DNA of 64,000 bases, taken from assembly GCA_025786725.1 (NCBI GenBank), contig JAHLTZ010000022.1:372001-436000 (forward strand), written 5' to 3'. The notes under the pieces are model-generated. The model was not told the DNA's origin. It searched no databases and saw nothing but the letters and a program-made list of their open reading frames with translations. Both the position numbers and the translations under genes were made by a program. The stretch's first letter is position 1. Each line of letters begins with the position of its first letter. The stretch comes from Syncephalis fuscata S228 (taxonomy: Eukaryota > Fungi > Zoopagomycota). Below are positions 12,446 to 24,439 of the stretch, in pieces.

Positions 12446-15400
12446 ATGGAATATCATTTACCAAAGATTGAAAGAATGTCTCTAAATGTGCTATCTTTCG
12501 ACACCGAGACAGATAACAATTTTGTTATGTCGCCTATAAGCTTTGAAATACCGCATGATGCAACTGCACAGGTCGGCGGGGGGAATAATGCACTATCTAG
12601 CACGCTAGACTCAAGTGCAGCGGCAGATAGATCCACCGCAGTATCAGCATCCACTACTCATTGCACGCTGTCTAAACAAATGGCACCAAAGCCATCGTAT
12701 AATACTATTTCACCATTACTTGCAAATGCACAGGCTGAAGTTTTTGCCGGCTACACTACCGATTCACTTCTTGATGAAGATAATCAGTATAGTGGACGGG
12801 GAAAAGTACAAGTATTGCTGGACCAAATGGAACGAGCACAGTCGGCCGAGCCTAAACTGGCCACCGGCACGCGTATGCAGGAGAAGACAGGTGCCGAGAA
12901 TGCACTACCACGATCTGGATTTCGTCGTAATCGTCCCAAGGCGGCCACAGCAAGTTCAACTGAACTTGTACACCAGTTGAAAATGGTACAGCTTGCACAA
13001 GGCTGGATTACGCAGGCCGAGGCCAAAGAATCGCTCGAAGAGTCGCTCGAAGGATCTGCAAAGCATACGGCGGCGGATCGTTTAGTTAAACGGTCTTCCT
13101 ACAATCCAATATCATCAAATTCAACGTCTACACGCCTAGGATCAGAGCGTGATGATCTTACCGACCGAGTTTCACATGATTCAATGAGCACTAATAGCCA
13201 TTTAAAGATTGAAATGCCCGTAAATCATCGTTGGACCGCATCTATGGCGCCTTCTACGGTAGCCAATAGCTTGAGTATTAACTACCAACAAGAACAACAA
13301 CAACAGCAGCAGCAGCAGCAACAGAAAAAGTCTGATTCACCAAATTTATATCAAAAACAAAGTGTTAATAACTTGTTAAAATCTACGGATAAGTTTGAAA
13401 ACGGTCCTTCATCTGCTCCTTTGTATTCAAGCAACAGAGATAGTTTATTGCCTAATAATAAACAATCTATGGAAGTATTGCCGCAACAATCTAATCCAAA
13501 GAAATCGCCTAGAACACCTATTCGACGCAAACGTCATTTTAAAGATAACATTCCTTCGAATGAACCAGGTAATACAAATAGTTACGTGGGCACATCCAAT
13601 GATACAGTTACCGCCAACGGTGTTAAATCTTCACAGTCATCTGAATCAAATAGCGATAGTGCTACAACAGCAATCGATAGAGTACCAACACCTGACAATA
13701 CAAACGATACATCATTAGATAGTCGTATTTCTCGAGAGAATAAACAGAAATCTAGATTCTCTAGAGGGGCATTTGTATTAGTGCCATCTAGAAAGTCGTT
13801 AACGATGCAGCCATTTGGCGTACAGATACTGCAGAGAATAAATTTGGTATATTGCCACCTATGCCGCAATTGCCATCACAATTCGATACGGCATCTGATA
13901 AGGCGTCAAAACATTTGTCGACTGCCAGCAAATTGGTACAGCAAAAAGTGGCACCAAAGGATAGTATTTTAGATATAGAATTTGTTTCAACGCCTGTATT
14001 GGATTTAAGCTTGTTTACCAATTCAATGGGTGGTACATCTACTGCCAATACCGCCACCAAAACTACTTCTAATATTGACCTTGATGCACTACTGTCGCCA
14101 ATACCGATGCCCGAGGATATAACGCCGGGAGAAGCGACACGAGCAGCGGCATCATTTGAAGAAATGATTCAACCAGGCTGTACCCCCAATTTAACACCGG
14201 CTCCTTTGGCGCATGGCAGTATTAGTCCTCAGACGCCTCTTATGACTACTACATCGCCAGAAATACTTCGTGATGAACCACCCACCTCTCAACCACTTCC
14301 TTATCGTCGTAAGGCGTCAAAGTTTTTTGGTGTCGATGAACATGCTGTAGCCAAAGCGGCAGCAGAACAGGTGAGTTTGTATAGCAAATATCAATCTATT
14401 CTAACATTATCTATGTAGCCATTTACACCTTGGTTCCTTAAAAATGAACATACACCAATGGATTTAATGTATAATATGGAAGGCACTGTGTCGTCTGGAA
14501 CATTACGTGCTTTAATCGACCAGCTAACACCGCACGATAGTATTGCAGGTAATTACCAATAATAGATGCTTTAACTAGACACATGACTAATATTAACTAC
14601 TATATAGATGCACTATTTACGCGTACTTTCTTGACGTGCTTTCGTCTTTTCTGTAAGCCGACCGACTTTGCTCAGCTACTTTATTTGCGCTATGCGCTTA
14701 AACCACCCTCTAATCTAAATAACGAAGAATGCAAGACGTGGCTAGATAAGAAACTGGTGCCTGTTCGTCTTCGGTAAGTTATTGCTTATGTAAAATTATT
14801 AGTTATTAGTATATAGATGTTAATGTTATATAATAGTGTTTTTAACATTGTTAAGCTTTGGTTTGAGTCTTACTGGATTCCTGAAGAGGACATTGAATGT
14901 CTACGTGATTTAAAACGTTTTGTGGCTGGTCCAATAATGCATATGTCACCTTTACTGGCCAAACGATTACTACTGACTATGAAAGAAAAGGTAGGTAGCA
15001 ATTATCTACTTTATAGTAAATATTCTAATTAAATATACTAGGTCAAACGCAATAGATCGCATATACAACTACCACACCGTCCCTCTTGGGTAGGAGGGCC
15101 ATTAAGCGCAGATCTTAATCGTCGTTCAGCAATTATGGAACATACGACACCAGTAACTGCACCACTTAGCGGCATACTTACTCTATTTGACATTGAGCCC
15201 ACAGAGTTGGCTAATCAAATAACTTTAATGGAATGGGACTTATTTATATTAATCGAGCCACATGAATTAATTGGCCAGTCCTTTTCTAAAAAGGACGATG
15301 CCATTGCGCCGAATGTTAAGGCAGTAGTGGCCTTTACACGTGAGGTAAGATTGTTTATCTATGCTATATTTCTTTATTTTAACTTAAAACTATAATAATA

Positions 15401-16486
15401 TCAATAGTTGACAGTATGGGTCACGGAAACAATCATATTTGAGGCAGATTTGAAACGTCGTGCCGAAATTGTACGCTATTTTATTAAATTGGGCGATGCT
15501 TGCTTTAAACTTGGCAATTTGGACGCTGTTCTAGCCATCATTACTGCATGGATTCTTCGGTGTGGAGCGATTAGTACGCACTTGGAAGGTAAGCTATAAG
15601 CAAAGTAGAGTATATATATGTGTGTGTGTTGTACTAATGTTGGATAAATAATAGCTGGTTTCCAAGCGTAATATGGCCATTCTTACAAACTACGTAATGT
15701 ATTTGACCATAGACGAAACTGTGCCAACTACCGTCAAACACTACGTGAGATTCCTTTGCCATGTATTCCATTCCTTGGTAAATATAAAATTACAATTATA
15801 ATATACAAGTTAATTAACCATTATTATTGTTTTATTGTTATTCTTAGGCCTTTATCTTCGGGATTTAACATTTATTGACGATGCTAGTTCGCCATTATCC
15901 CGGTACGCAGACCTACTATGGATAGCATTGCGCAACCTATAGAACTCGCATCTCCAGAGCCGCGGATACCATTCCACAAATATTTGCAAACTATGCGTCT
16001 AATTATGGAGCTTGAACGCTTCCAATCGACGCCATTCCAGCCCCAGCCATTGCCAAGATTGCAAGGATTCTTAGCACGTCTATTAGAAAACTCTGAAACT
16101 GATGGCGATCCTGAAAAGCTTTACTTTGCTAGTTTACGCCTAGAACCGCGCAAGTAAGTACTAATACCCAAAAATAATAGTATGGCTAATTAACCTGGCA
16201 ACTCAACTCTAGTACTGGACCTGAATCGGCCGGCAATGATGCTACAGCAACTGAGGGTGATGTAACACCACGCGCGCGTGCTTCATCGTTGAATCGAAAT
16301 GCGCCACGAAGTCGTCTTCAGCTTGTGTCAGGTGCCAGTAACTCAGAAGCAACACCAACCAATCCTAGTGCCGTGGCCACCTTTGACGCTTACTGTTCGT
16401 TAACGTTGGCCGAGTTGCGCGGCCATGATAAAATGGGCCGACGTACCATTACTTCTAACAAAAATCGCGAAAAAAATTCCACTTAG
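12446..16486 (+). CDS. Ras guanine-nucleotide exchange factor (REM + CDC25), paralog 2; multi-exon
   Basis: Motifs SGTLRALIDQLTPHD, FLTCFRLFCKP, ELANQITLMEW, PCIPFLGLYLRDLTFIDD and LYFASLRLEPR. A last intron near 16154-16211 links in frame to ORF 16289-16486. Frameshifts near 13830 and 15550. Confidence 0.9.
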
Positions 16487-16857
16487 TTTACATGTTTCAC
16501 TATCATTTTAACACCTAAATATCAGTCTGTTTTCCCGTTTGTCTCTGCTATACTTATCTCGTTTGTTTTTTGTTTATAAACAAAGTGTTATATTGATACT
16601 ATTCTTAGACGTATTGTATTAAATTTATTTAAACACCACAAAAACTACCATCAATTGCATCGAAAATAGATGGTTACTTTTTATTTGAATTCATTAGAGC
16701 ATTCTTTATGTGCTTTAACTTTGTAAACGTGTAACATGTATGCTTTACACTTGTTACAAACTAGTTAAACATTCGCCAATATAAGTAAAATCAATAAAAT
16801 AATTAGAGAATCTTTATATTTTTAATAAGGTAATGGCAATTTTGTTTACATGTTGAA

Positions 16858-17050
16858 AATACTTTTTATTAAACATAATGATGGGTGGTGGATAACATCA
16901 ATCATAAAAATACTCATCATCATAGATTTATTATCGAATATGTATATATTATTAGATTTGCGCAGTGTTGTGCTATTGCTATTTATACCGACTTTACTGT
17001 CGGCCTCTCTTATTTTTATACCAATTTATTTCTTTTAAGCTCTTTATTCC
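16858..17050 (+). repeat. Dispersed AT-rich repeat, copy A
   Basis: aacataatgatgggtggtggataacatcaatcataaaaatactcatcatcatagatttattatcgaatatg matches 53271-53360 and the reverse complement of 17490-17572. Confidence 0.7.
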
Positions 17051-17309
17051 TAGAAACACTTCGCCACTTGACTTAGATAGCATCAAAGTCATAATCAACT
17101 AACAACAACTAATGTAGCCATAGACAGCTATTAGTAATTAAATTAATAAGTATTTTAACAAGATAATAAGCATACACATGCTGTACTATTTGTTTTATTA
17201 ATATAACTCAATAAACAAAAGATTAAACTAAGATTATCAATAATAAAGCTAGAATTAAACAGACAATTGCAATGAATAGCACTTAATTAGTATAAAATAA
17301 AAGTAATAG

Positions 17310-17572
17310 AGTTAATATACAGTGGAAAGAGTATACATGTTAATACTAAAATTATAAGGCATATGACGCAATAAGTGAATTAAGTGAAGTGTGTTGGAGT
17401 ATATAAACAATATAATATACCTAGTATATTGTAGAATAATATATAGCAGTATGGGATAGAATGGGAATAATATAGGTGAATATAGTATACAATGTATACT
17501 GAATAATGAATCTATAATAACGAGTATTTGATGATTTATGTCACTCATCATTCACCATGTTCAATAGATTGA
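17310..17572 (-). repeat. Dispersed AT-rich repeat, copy B (inverted relative to copy A)
   Basis: The reverse complement begins caatctattgaacatggtgaatgatgagtgacataaatcatcaaatactcgttattatagattc, closely matching 53271 onward. Its distal part resembles 20640-20780. Confidence 0.75.
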
Positions 17573-17668
17573 GTGTTATTAAATGTTAGTCATTTAAGCA
17601 CTAAACTACAATAAATCATTAATAGAATGTTTAATAAATATAAGTAAACGACTGAATAGTATTTATTA

Positions 17669-19471
17669 TTATGCTTGCTTTTGTTTAGATTGTCTAGACA
17701 TCGCGACATTGATCGCGCCTTTAACTACTCTTAAACTCAAATAAACAACAGATAAAACAATAAACAGTAAAAATGCATATAAATCATAATTGTTTGCTGT
17801 CCACCAAGGCATACGCCAATCAGCGCTTTCGTATGCTTTAATAGCACCAGGAATGGCGGCCAACTCAATTAGATCGGCACCTCGCATACGCTCTCGATCT
17901 GCAATTTGGATCATTCTTTGTGCCAACAATACATTGGCCTTAAATGAGGCTGCTTCGGCCGAGTCCTTTGCCAGTAAGCGACGAAGAGTACTCACAATAG
18001 TTGCTTCTGTCGATGTTGTTTTATCTAGCCATAAACCGTATCCTTTTTCAGTCAATTTAATGGCATTGCTTGGTTGATCACCAAAGCCTGGAAGGCCTAG
18101 AATAGGAACACCGGCGAACAATGATTCAAATAGCGATACAATGCCACAATGACTGATAAACAATCTCGTAGATGGATGTTCCAGTACAGCGCGTTGTGGC
18201 GCCCGATTCAATAGACGAACTGCTGCATGTTTACCTGATTGCATATCTTTAATGCTATGTACAACACCATTGACGGCAACAGTTTCGGGTATAAGGTCAT
18301 GGTTATCTGCAGTACGCATCAATCCCCACACAACACCATCAATCAATTCGTCATCATAGGCAACTAGCAAAGAACTAAGGATAGTGGAAATTTGACTACG
18401 AGACAAGATTGTATTGCCACCAAATCCAATATACACGACATTTTTACGCGCATCCATGAATTCACTTAATTCACTAGATAGCGATGCATACTTGTGTGGT
18501 ATAGCAGGCCCAATTAAAAATGTGTTTGAAGGTAGTTGACGAGCCGGCTAAGTAGATGGTTAGTATTTTGTATATTGTTTAAAATGAAATTTACCTCAAG
18601 TGCGAATAAATTATTGATCAGCACAAGACCATGTCTCCATCGCTCCGGTGCAGTCATATATGGCGTCACTTTGAGCTTTGAATAAATTGCTTGTCTTTCT
18701 TGAATCGAATCTTTTATATTCCACAACATAGTTGCAGGCAATATTATTTTATCATAAAATCGTTCAAAAAAACTGGTTTTATCATGAGTAGATGGTATAT
18801 TAGATAGGAAATTTGATGCATAAGGCATGTCGCCATGTCCTATAGCGATAGATATTATTAGCATAATGTATAATTAGCTGCGTCGTTAGCTACCCACCTT
18901 GGAAACCAAGTGCAGATGTAGTAATCACAAATGGTGTATTAGTTTCGTAAGCCGCGTCATAACAGCCGCTCATAAAAAAATCGCAAATTATTACATCCAC
19001 GTTATTGGTAGATATCCAATGGTGGAAAAACTTGTACTCATTAGGATATTGCATATTCATTGCATTCAAAAGAGTGCTAATCATGAAAAGAAGAGATGGC
19101 TTTCCCTTTAATATTGAGTTTTGAAACTCCCGAAAGCGTTCAGGTGATTGTGGATTTGGTCCTAACTTTACCGGTTTTAGTTTTGGATAATCAGCTGTCC
19201 ATACAGCAGCCACATCATCATATGTGATAAAACTAGCATCGTGGCCTCGAGCAATTAGAATATCAGCTAGAGCTAACTGAGGAACTGCATGGCTTTTTCC
19301 GCCAAACCCAGCACTAAACGCAATCTTTAGCGGCGGCTGTTTAAAAAAGTCTGATGACTTTAAATGTTGATCGTTAGTACTGTGAGCGGCTGTTGATTTG
19401 GCAGTACTACTATCGTTGGCAAATAGTAGCAAGGCGGCCACCGAATAAAGAAGAAAAGAGAAATGGCGCAT
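17669..19471 (-). CDS. UDP-glycosyltransferase (UGT/GT1) with signal peptide and C-terminal TM helix; 2 introns
   Basis: N-terminal GGKSHAVP and LIARGH motifs. PSPG-box-like APQRAVLEHPSTRLFISHCGIVSLFESLFAGVPILGLPGFGDQ. C-terminal TM segment followed by a basic tail. Confidence 0.92.
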
Positions 19472-20639
19472 GCTAGATACTACAGCTGCACACGCACACA
19501 AAGTAGCAATGGATAAATTTGAAGCTAATAAGAAGAAGATGTAGATACAGATTCAAGTACCATAGTATATCAAAGAACAGTATTTAAATGTAGTGTCGGT
19601 AAGCCGGATAAATTACTACTAACATGCAGCGACTGGCATGCACTTGTTTTTCAATGTTAAACACCAATTATAACAATGAAACAGCTATTCATGTCACATG
19701 TTGATAATTTGACATCCATATTTAGCCATTCATTCCTATATTTTGTAAATACTAAGCATTTTGATTTGTGTAACGCCTTGATATGGCAAATTGTTCTTGT
19801 TGTTAATCTACATGTAACAAAAGTTCTACATATCTACTGTTATTTGAATGCCAAAAGCAATTTTTTCTGATAAACATTGCTATGTTGTAATATGGCCATT
19901 ATTGAAGACTGTTCCGCGTAGACTGCTCACTTGAATTGCCAATTTTTTAATTCTATGGTAAATATTACTATCAAGTATTACACAATCCTTCGGCAGGTTG
20001 TATACATGTTTATTCTATTATTTGTACACACAGTTATAAATACAAACCGACGACATAAACAATAAACAATATGATTTAAGCATTATATTATTACGCTTCT
20101 AGTTTTAGAAATTGCAGCTTAGATGACCAAACAACATCTTATCCTGTTGCTATCCTGTAACGTTAATTTCTGATGCTTATCAACGCCTACCTTAACGCTC
20201 AGAATACAATGTGTTGTTTGGTTGTATTGCTTGTATAATAAAATTATTTCTTATTGGTCATTAATTACCACTGTTTAACTATAATAAACTGAATAACTTG
20301 TATGACACTAAGTAGAAATAATGTTGGACTAGAAACTTGATTATTTCTTTATTGATATTGAATAAAGCTATCATTATATAGTAAACATAACTAATAATAG
20401 AACTTGAATGTCTTGTAGTATTTCATTATTAGCGCAGCATATTAGTTCAGGTGGCTGCTCATATGCTTACAACTAACAAGTAGCTACTCGTCATATTGTC
20501 GTAATAGGCATTTGTTACTAGTAATCGGTACTAATATTCGATAGGTATATTATTCTTGTAATTGATCACACAATATATCTCTTGGACACACTTTTACAAG
20601 ACCCTGTCTGGAATATTAGAGCAGTAACAATATTTATAT

Positions 20640-20790
20640 TATTCTATTCACCTACTATATATCATTATATGATATACTAGACACATTCTATTATTATATG
20701 TTCCAATAAACTTCATTCAGTCCATTTATTACGCTTACATGCACTATCGTTTTAACATAATTTTATATATCATTCTATACTTGCATAGTT
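20640..20790 (+). repeat. Dispersed AT-rich repeat, partial copy C
   Basis: attctattcacctactatatatcattatatgatatactagacacattctattattatatgttccaataaacttc aligns by eye with the reverse complement of 17340-17465. Confidence 0.5.
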
Positions 20791-21276
20791 TTTCTCTATC
20801 CAAACCTGTTTTTACTTTTTGTCCTAACTCTATTATTTATAAACTTCGCTTATTTGGCTCATTGAGTATATGAATTATAATCTTGGTACTTTATTTAAAG
20901 CTTAAAGGCTTCTACTGTTTAAGTAAAAACCTTATTTAGCTTTCTTTGACATTAATTAATTTGTTATTTTACTTACTTTGTCGTTCTTTACACTAAGTTA
21001 GTTTTTATTTTTTTAATATTTACTAATACCATTTTTGTTGTCATTGCTATTGCTTCATCTTTCGTTTCTATTACTTTTATTTCACTGCTGCCTTGACACT
21101 TATGATGTGTCGCCACGTTTTTCTTTCACCACTTTGACACCAGCAACATTCAAAACAAGTGAATAAATATGGTATAAACTACACAAAGACTATATATAAG
21201 CAGTTATAGCCGGTTTTATTGCAATAAAATCAATGACATAGATTTTAATAATAAAATATATTTAACAAGTATACAA

Positions 21277-22194
21277 TCACAATATTTTTTCATCTTCGCT
21301 GGCATATACACGACTAACAACGCTGAGAACAACAACAGCTCCTAGTACCGGTACTGCAAGTAGCATCGATACTTCGGCTGACCGACGAATAAAAAAAAAG
21401 CCTTCGTCGGCTTTTATAGATTCTTTTGTTTGCTTTGCGGCCATTTGCGCTGAAAATGATTGAAACCTTGTATCAATATGAAAAAATGGCTTTCGAGTAT
21501 GCTGATCATCTTTTTTATGATCATTCAATTTAGACGAGGAACTTGTGCTGCGCAACCAATCTGAGCGACGCCACATTCTATTACGTAGTTCATCGCCACT
21601 CTGCGTACGATACATTGGATGGGTTGCCTCTTGCCAGCGACGACGTTCCGTTTCCGATGGACGCGCAGGTTTAAGGGGATGGCGATGATGTTGATGATAA
21701 CCGCTTCTACCGGCCAGCCCCGATGATCGACGGCCCAGCGAGAGTAAATCGTTGTCATATTCACGCCGTCGGGCTGGATGGCCAATTACGCGATATGCCT
21801 CTGCTATTTTTTGAAACTTTTGCTTAGCTGCTCTAGTTGCAACCTCTTTTGCCTCGGCTGTCACTTCTAGTGTAGAACTTTGCGCGTTAAGACGATCAGG
21901 ATGAAATTCAAAGCATAATTTGTAATAGCGCGCTTTAATTAAGGAAGGTGCTGCATCTGACGGCACACCCAGAATGTCGTAGTAATTAGACTGACTAGCA
22001 CGTGGGCTACCACTGTACGCAGCTTGTTGGTGAGATTGCGTAGAGAAATAATGCTGCTGGTAGGCAGACAGCCAATTACTACTTGTTTTCTGCTGCCATC
22101 TCCAAATAGCAGACGACAGCAGGCGGTTATTTGGTAGAGCCATAGCTATTGTTGAACAACGCCATAGTCTGCTTAATTTCCATGCCATTAACAT
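21277..22194 (-). CDS. DnaJ (J-domain) protein, probably mitochondrial, with C-terminal TM
   Basis: NYYDILGV...IKARYYKLCFEFHPD...FQKIAEAYRVIGHPARRREYD; Arg/Ser-rich presequence-like N-terminus from MLMAWKLSRL. Confidence 0.88.
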   Translation of the reverse strand: MLMAWKLSRLWRCSTIAMALPNNRLLSSAIWRWQQKTSSNWLSAYQQHYFSTQSHQQAAYSGSPRASQSNYYDILGVPSDAAPSLIKARYYKLCFEFHPDRLNAQSSTLEVTAEAKEVATRAAKQKFQKIAEAYRVIGHPARRREYDNDLLSLGRRSSGLAGRSGYHQHHRHPLKPARPSETERRRWQEATHPMYRTQSGDELRNRMWRRSDWLRSTSSSSKLNDHKKDDQHTRKPFFHIDTRFQSFSAQMAAKQTKESIKADEGFFFIRRSAEVSMLLAVPVLGAVVVLSVVSRVYASEDEKIL

Positions 22195-22371
22195 AGTGTC
22201 TATAATAGAAAATTGAAAATAAATTGAGATTATTATTATATCAAGAAATTCAATTGCAACAGTATGTGTATTGTTATTATGCAAACTTACCTGTATTTTA
22301 AATAGTCAAAGCAATACGTCTATGGTAATAACTTTTAGTGTTAACATTAATTCTTTTACTGCACTAATCAT

Positions 22372-24263
22372 TATTTACTTGATTACCCTTTATTATGCTG
22401 ACTGCCTGTGTTAAATGACAATCATATTAATTTATTTCTTTTAGTGCCCTCGCTATTTAACTGACAGCACGTTCTATAAAATGAGTAGTTTTCGGTGTTA
22501 AATGACACCAGTATTAATCCACTCGTATTAATAACACAACATATAATCTACGTCAATGCATTTTTCTTTCTTTTTCTTTGCACTTGACAGTATTTACATA
22601 TTGAATATGCATTCTATTGTTAGTTATTCAACAATAGCACCGATAAATAAAATAATTGCTGTTTTTATCTCTGACTATTTGGCTTTTGTTCAAATGCTAC
22701 TATATTGTATAGATTTGAAAGTATATTATAGTACTGTTGCTTTATTGACGTTGTCATAATTCAAGTAAAAAGGTTTTAACGCAGAGACAATGCATATTAA
22801 TAATATAACTAATACCTAATAAACAATATCATATAATCATCACATTCATACTATCTATTCTGTCTACCATACCAATACAATTCTATATTTGCTTATGCCA
22901 TTAATGAAACAATGGCGACATCATTTATACGCTATTGAGGCTTTTTTATTACAAGGCCATTATACTTTACCAACAGCTATTTTTACAAAATACTATTGCC
23001 CATAACAGTTTGGTGGTATTATACTGGTGGTGATTAAATGATTCACAGTATTGCTGTTTATATCATGCTTATTTCTTCAACTTTAACCCATTCACTCATC
23101 TCCCTTCTCTTCTATATTTTATCATTGTACGTCGGCATATTCTATACTTATCACATCTTATTCAAAGTACTATTTATCCGTCTCTAGTTCTATTCGTTAT
23201 TTACAAAGTTAAAACTGTTTAATTGAGATTGTAAATCTCCATTTGTCTTGTAAATATCTACAATATTATTAATAGCCAACGAATAAAGGCTATTTTGTTT
23301 TCTATTATCGTAACAGTATAGAATATCGGTTGCCTATTGTAATAAGTACTTAAAACAACGATTGCAATAGTTAATTTGTTTAGCGGTTGTGTAATTACAT
23401 TTAAAATCCGGTGTATAATTGTAAGCATTTGTCAGTAAAAATAGAAACCATTGGCAAATAAATAGTACTTTGAATAAGATGTGATAAGTATAGAATATGC
23501 CGACGTACAATGATAAAATATAGAAGAGAAGGGAGATGAGTGAATGGGTTAAAGTTGAAGAAATAAGCATGATATAAACAGCAATACTGTGAATCATTTA
23601 ATCACCACCAGTATAATACCACCAAACTGTTATGGGCAATAGTATTTTGTAAAAATAGCTGTTGGTAAAGTATAATGGCCTTGTAATAAAAAAGCCTCAA
23701 TAGCGTATAAATGATGTCGCCATTGTTTCATTAATGGCATAAGCAAATATAGAATTGTATTGGTATGGTAGACAGAATAGATAGTATGAATGTGATGATT
23801 ATATGATATTGTTTATTAGGTATTAGTTATATTATTAATATGCATTGTCTCTGCGTTAAAACCTTTTTACTTGAATTATGACAACGTCAATAAAGCAACA
23901 GTACTATAATATACTTTCAAATCTATACAATATAGTAGCATTTGAACAAAAGCCAAATAGTCAGAGATAAAAACAGCAATTATTTTATTTATCGGTGCTA
24001 TTGTTGAATAACTAACAATAGAATGCATATTCAATATGTAAATACTGTCAAGTGCAAAGAAAAAGAAAGAAAAATGCATTGACGTAGATTATATGTTGTG
24101 TTATTAATACGAGTGGATTAATACTGGTGTCATTTAACACCGAAAACTACTCATTTTATAGAACGTGCTGTCAGTTAAATAGCGAGGGCACTAAAAGAAA
24201 TAAATTAATATGATTGTCATTTAACACAGGCAGTCAGTATAATAAAGGGTAATCAAGTAAATA
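22372..24263. repeat. Long near-perfect inverted repeat: arms 22372-23177 and 23458-24263 (806 bp each), 280-bp spacer
   Basis: The arms are reverse complements; I saw one mismatch (22397). The ORF track shows the same 67-aa ORF on both strands. Confidence 0.95.
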
Positions 24264-24439
24264 GTAATTTTAATATACGTTATCTAAAATAAAAAAGGCA
24301 AATGCTATTGGCTGTGAGTTATTTTATTAAATTGAAATACATGTTCATGCGCCATATTATGTCAATAATTGAATGATGAATCGTTCGATTTAACGTTAGA
24401 AATGCTAACAATTGTCCAATGTTATTGCTATTAATGCTA

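Noticed and set aside
22556-24079. Duplicated 67-aa ORF as a gene pair
   Set aside because: It is AT-rich, has no recognisable features, and is simply a consequence of the inverted repeat.
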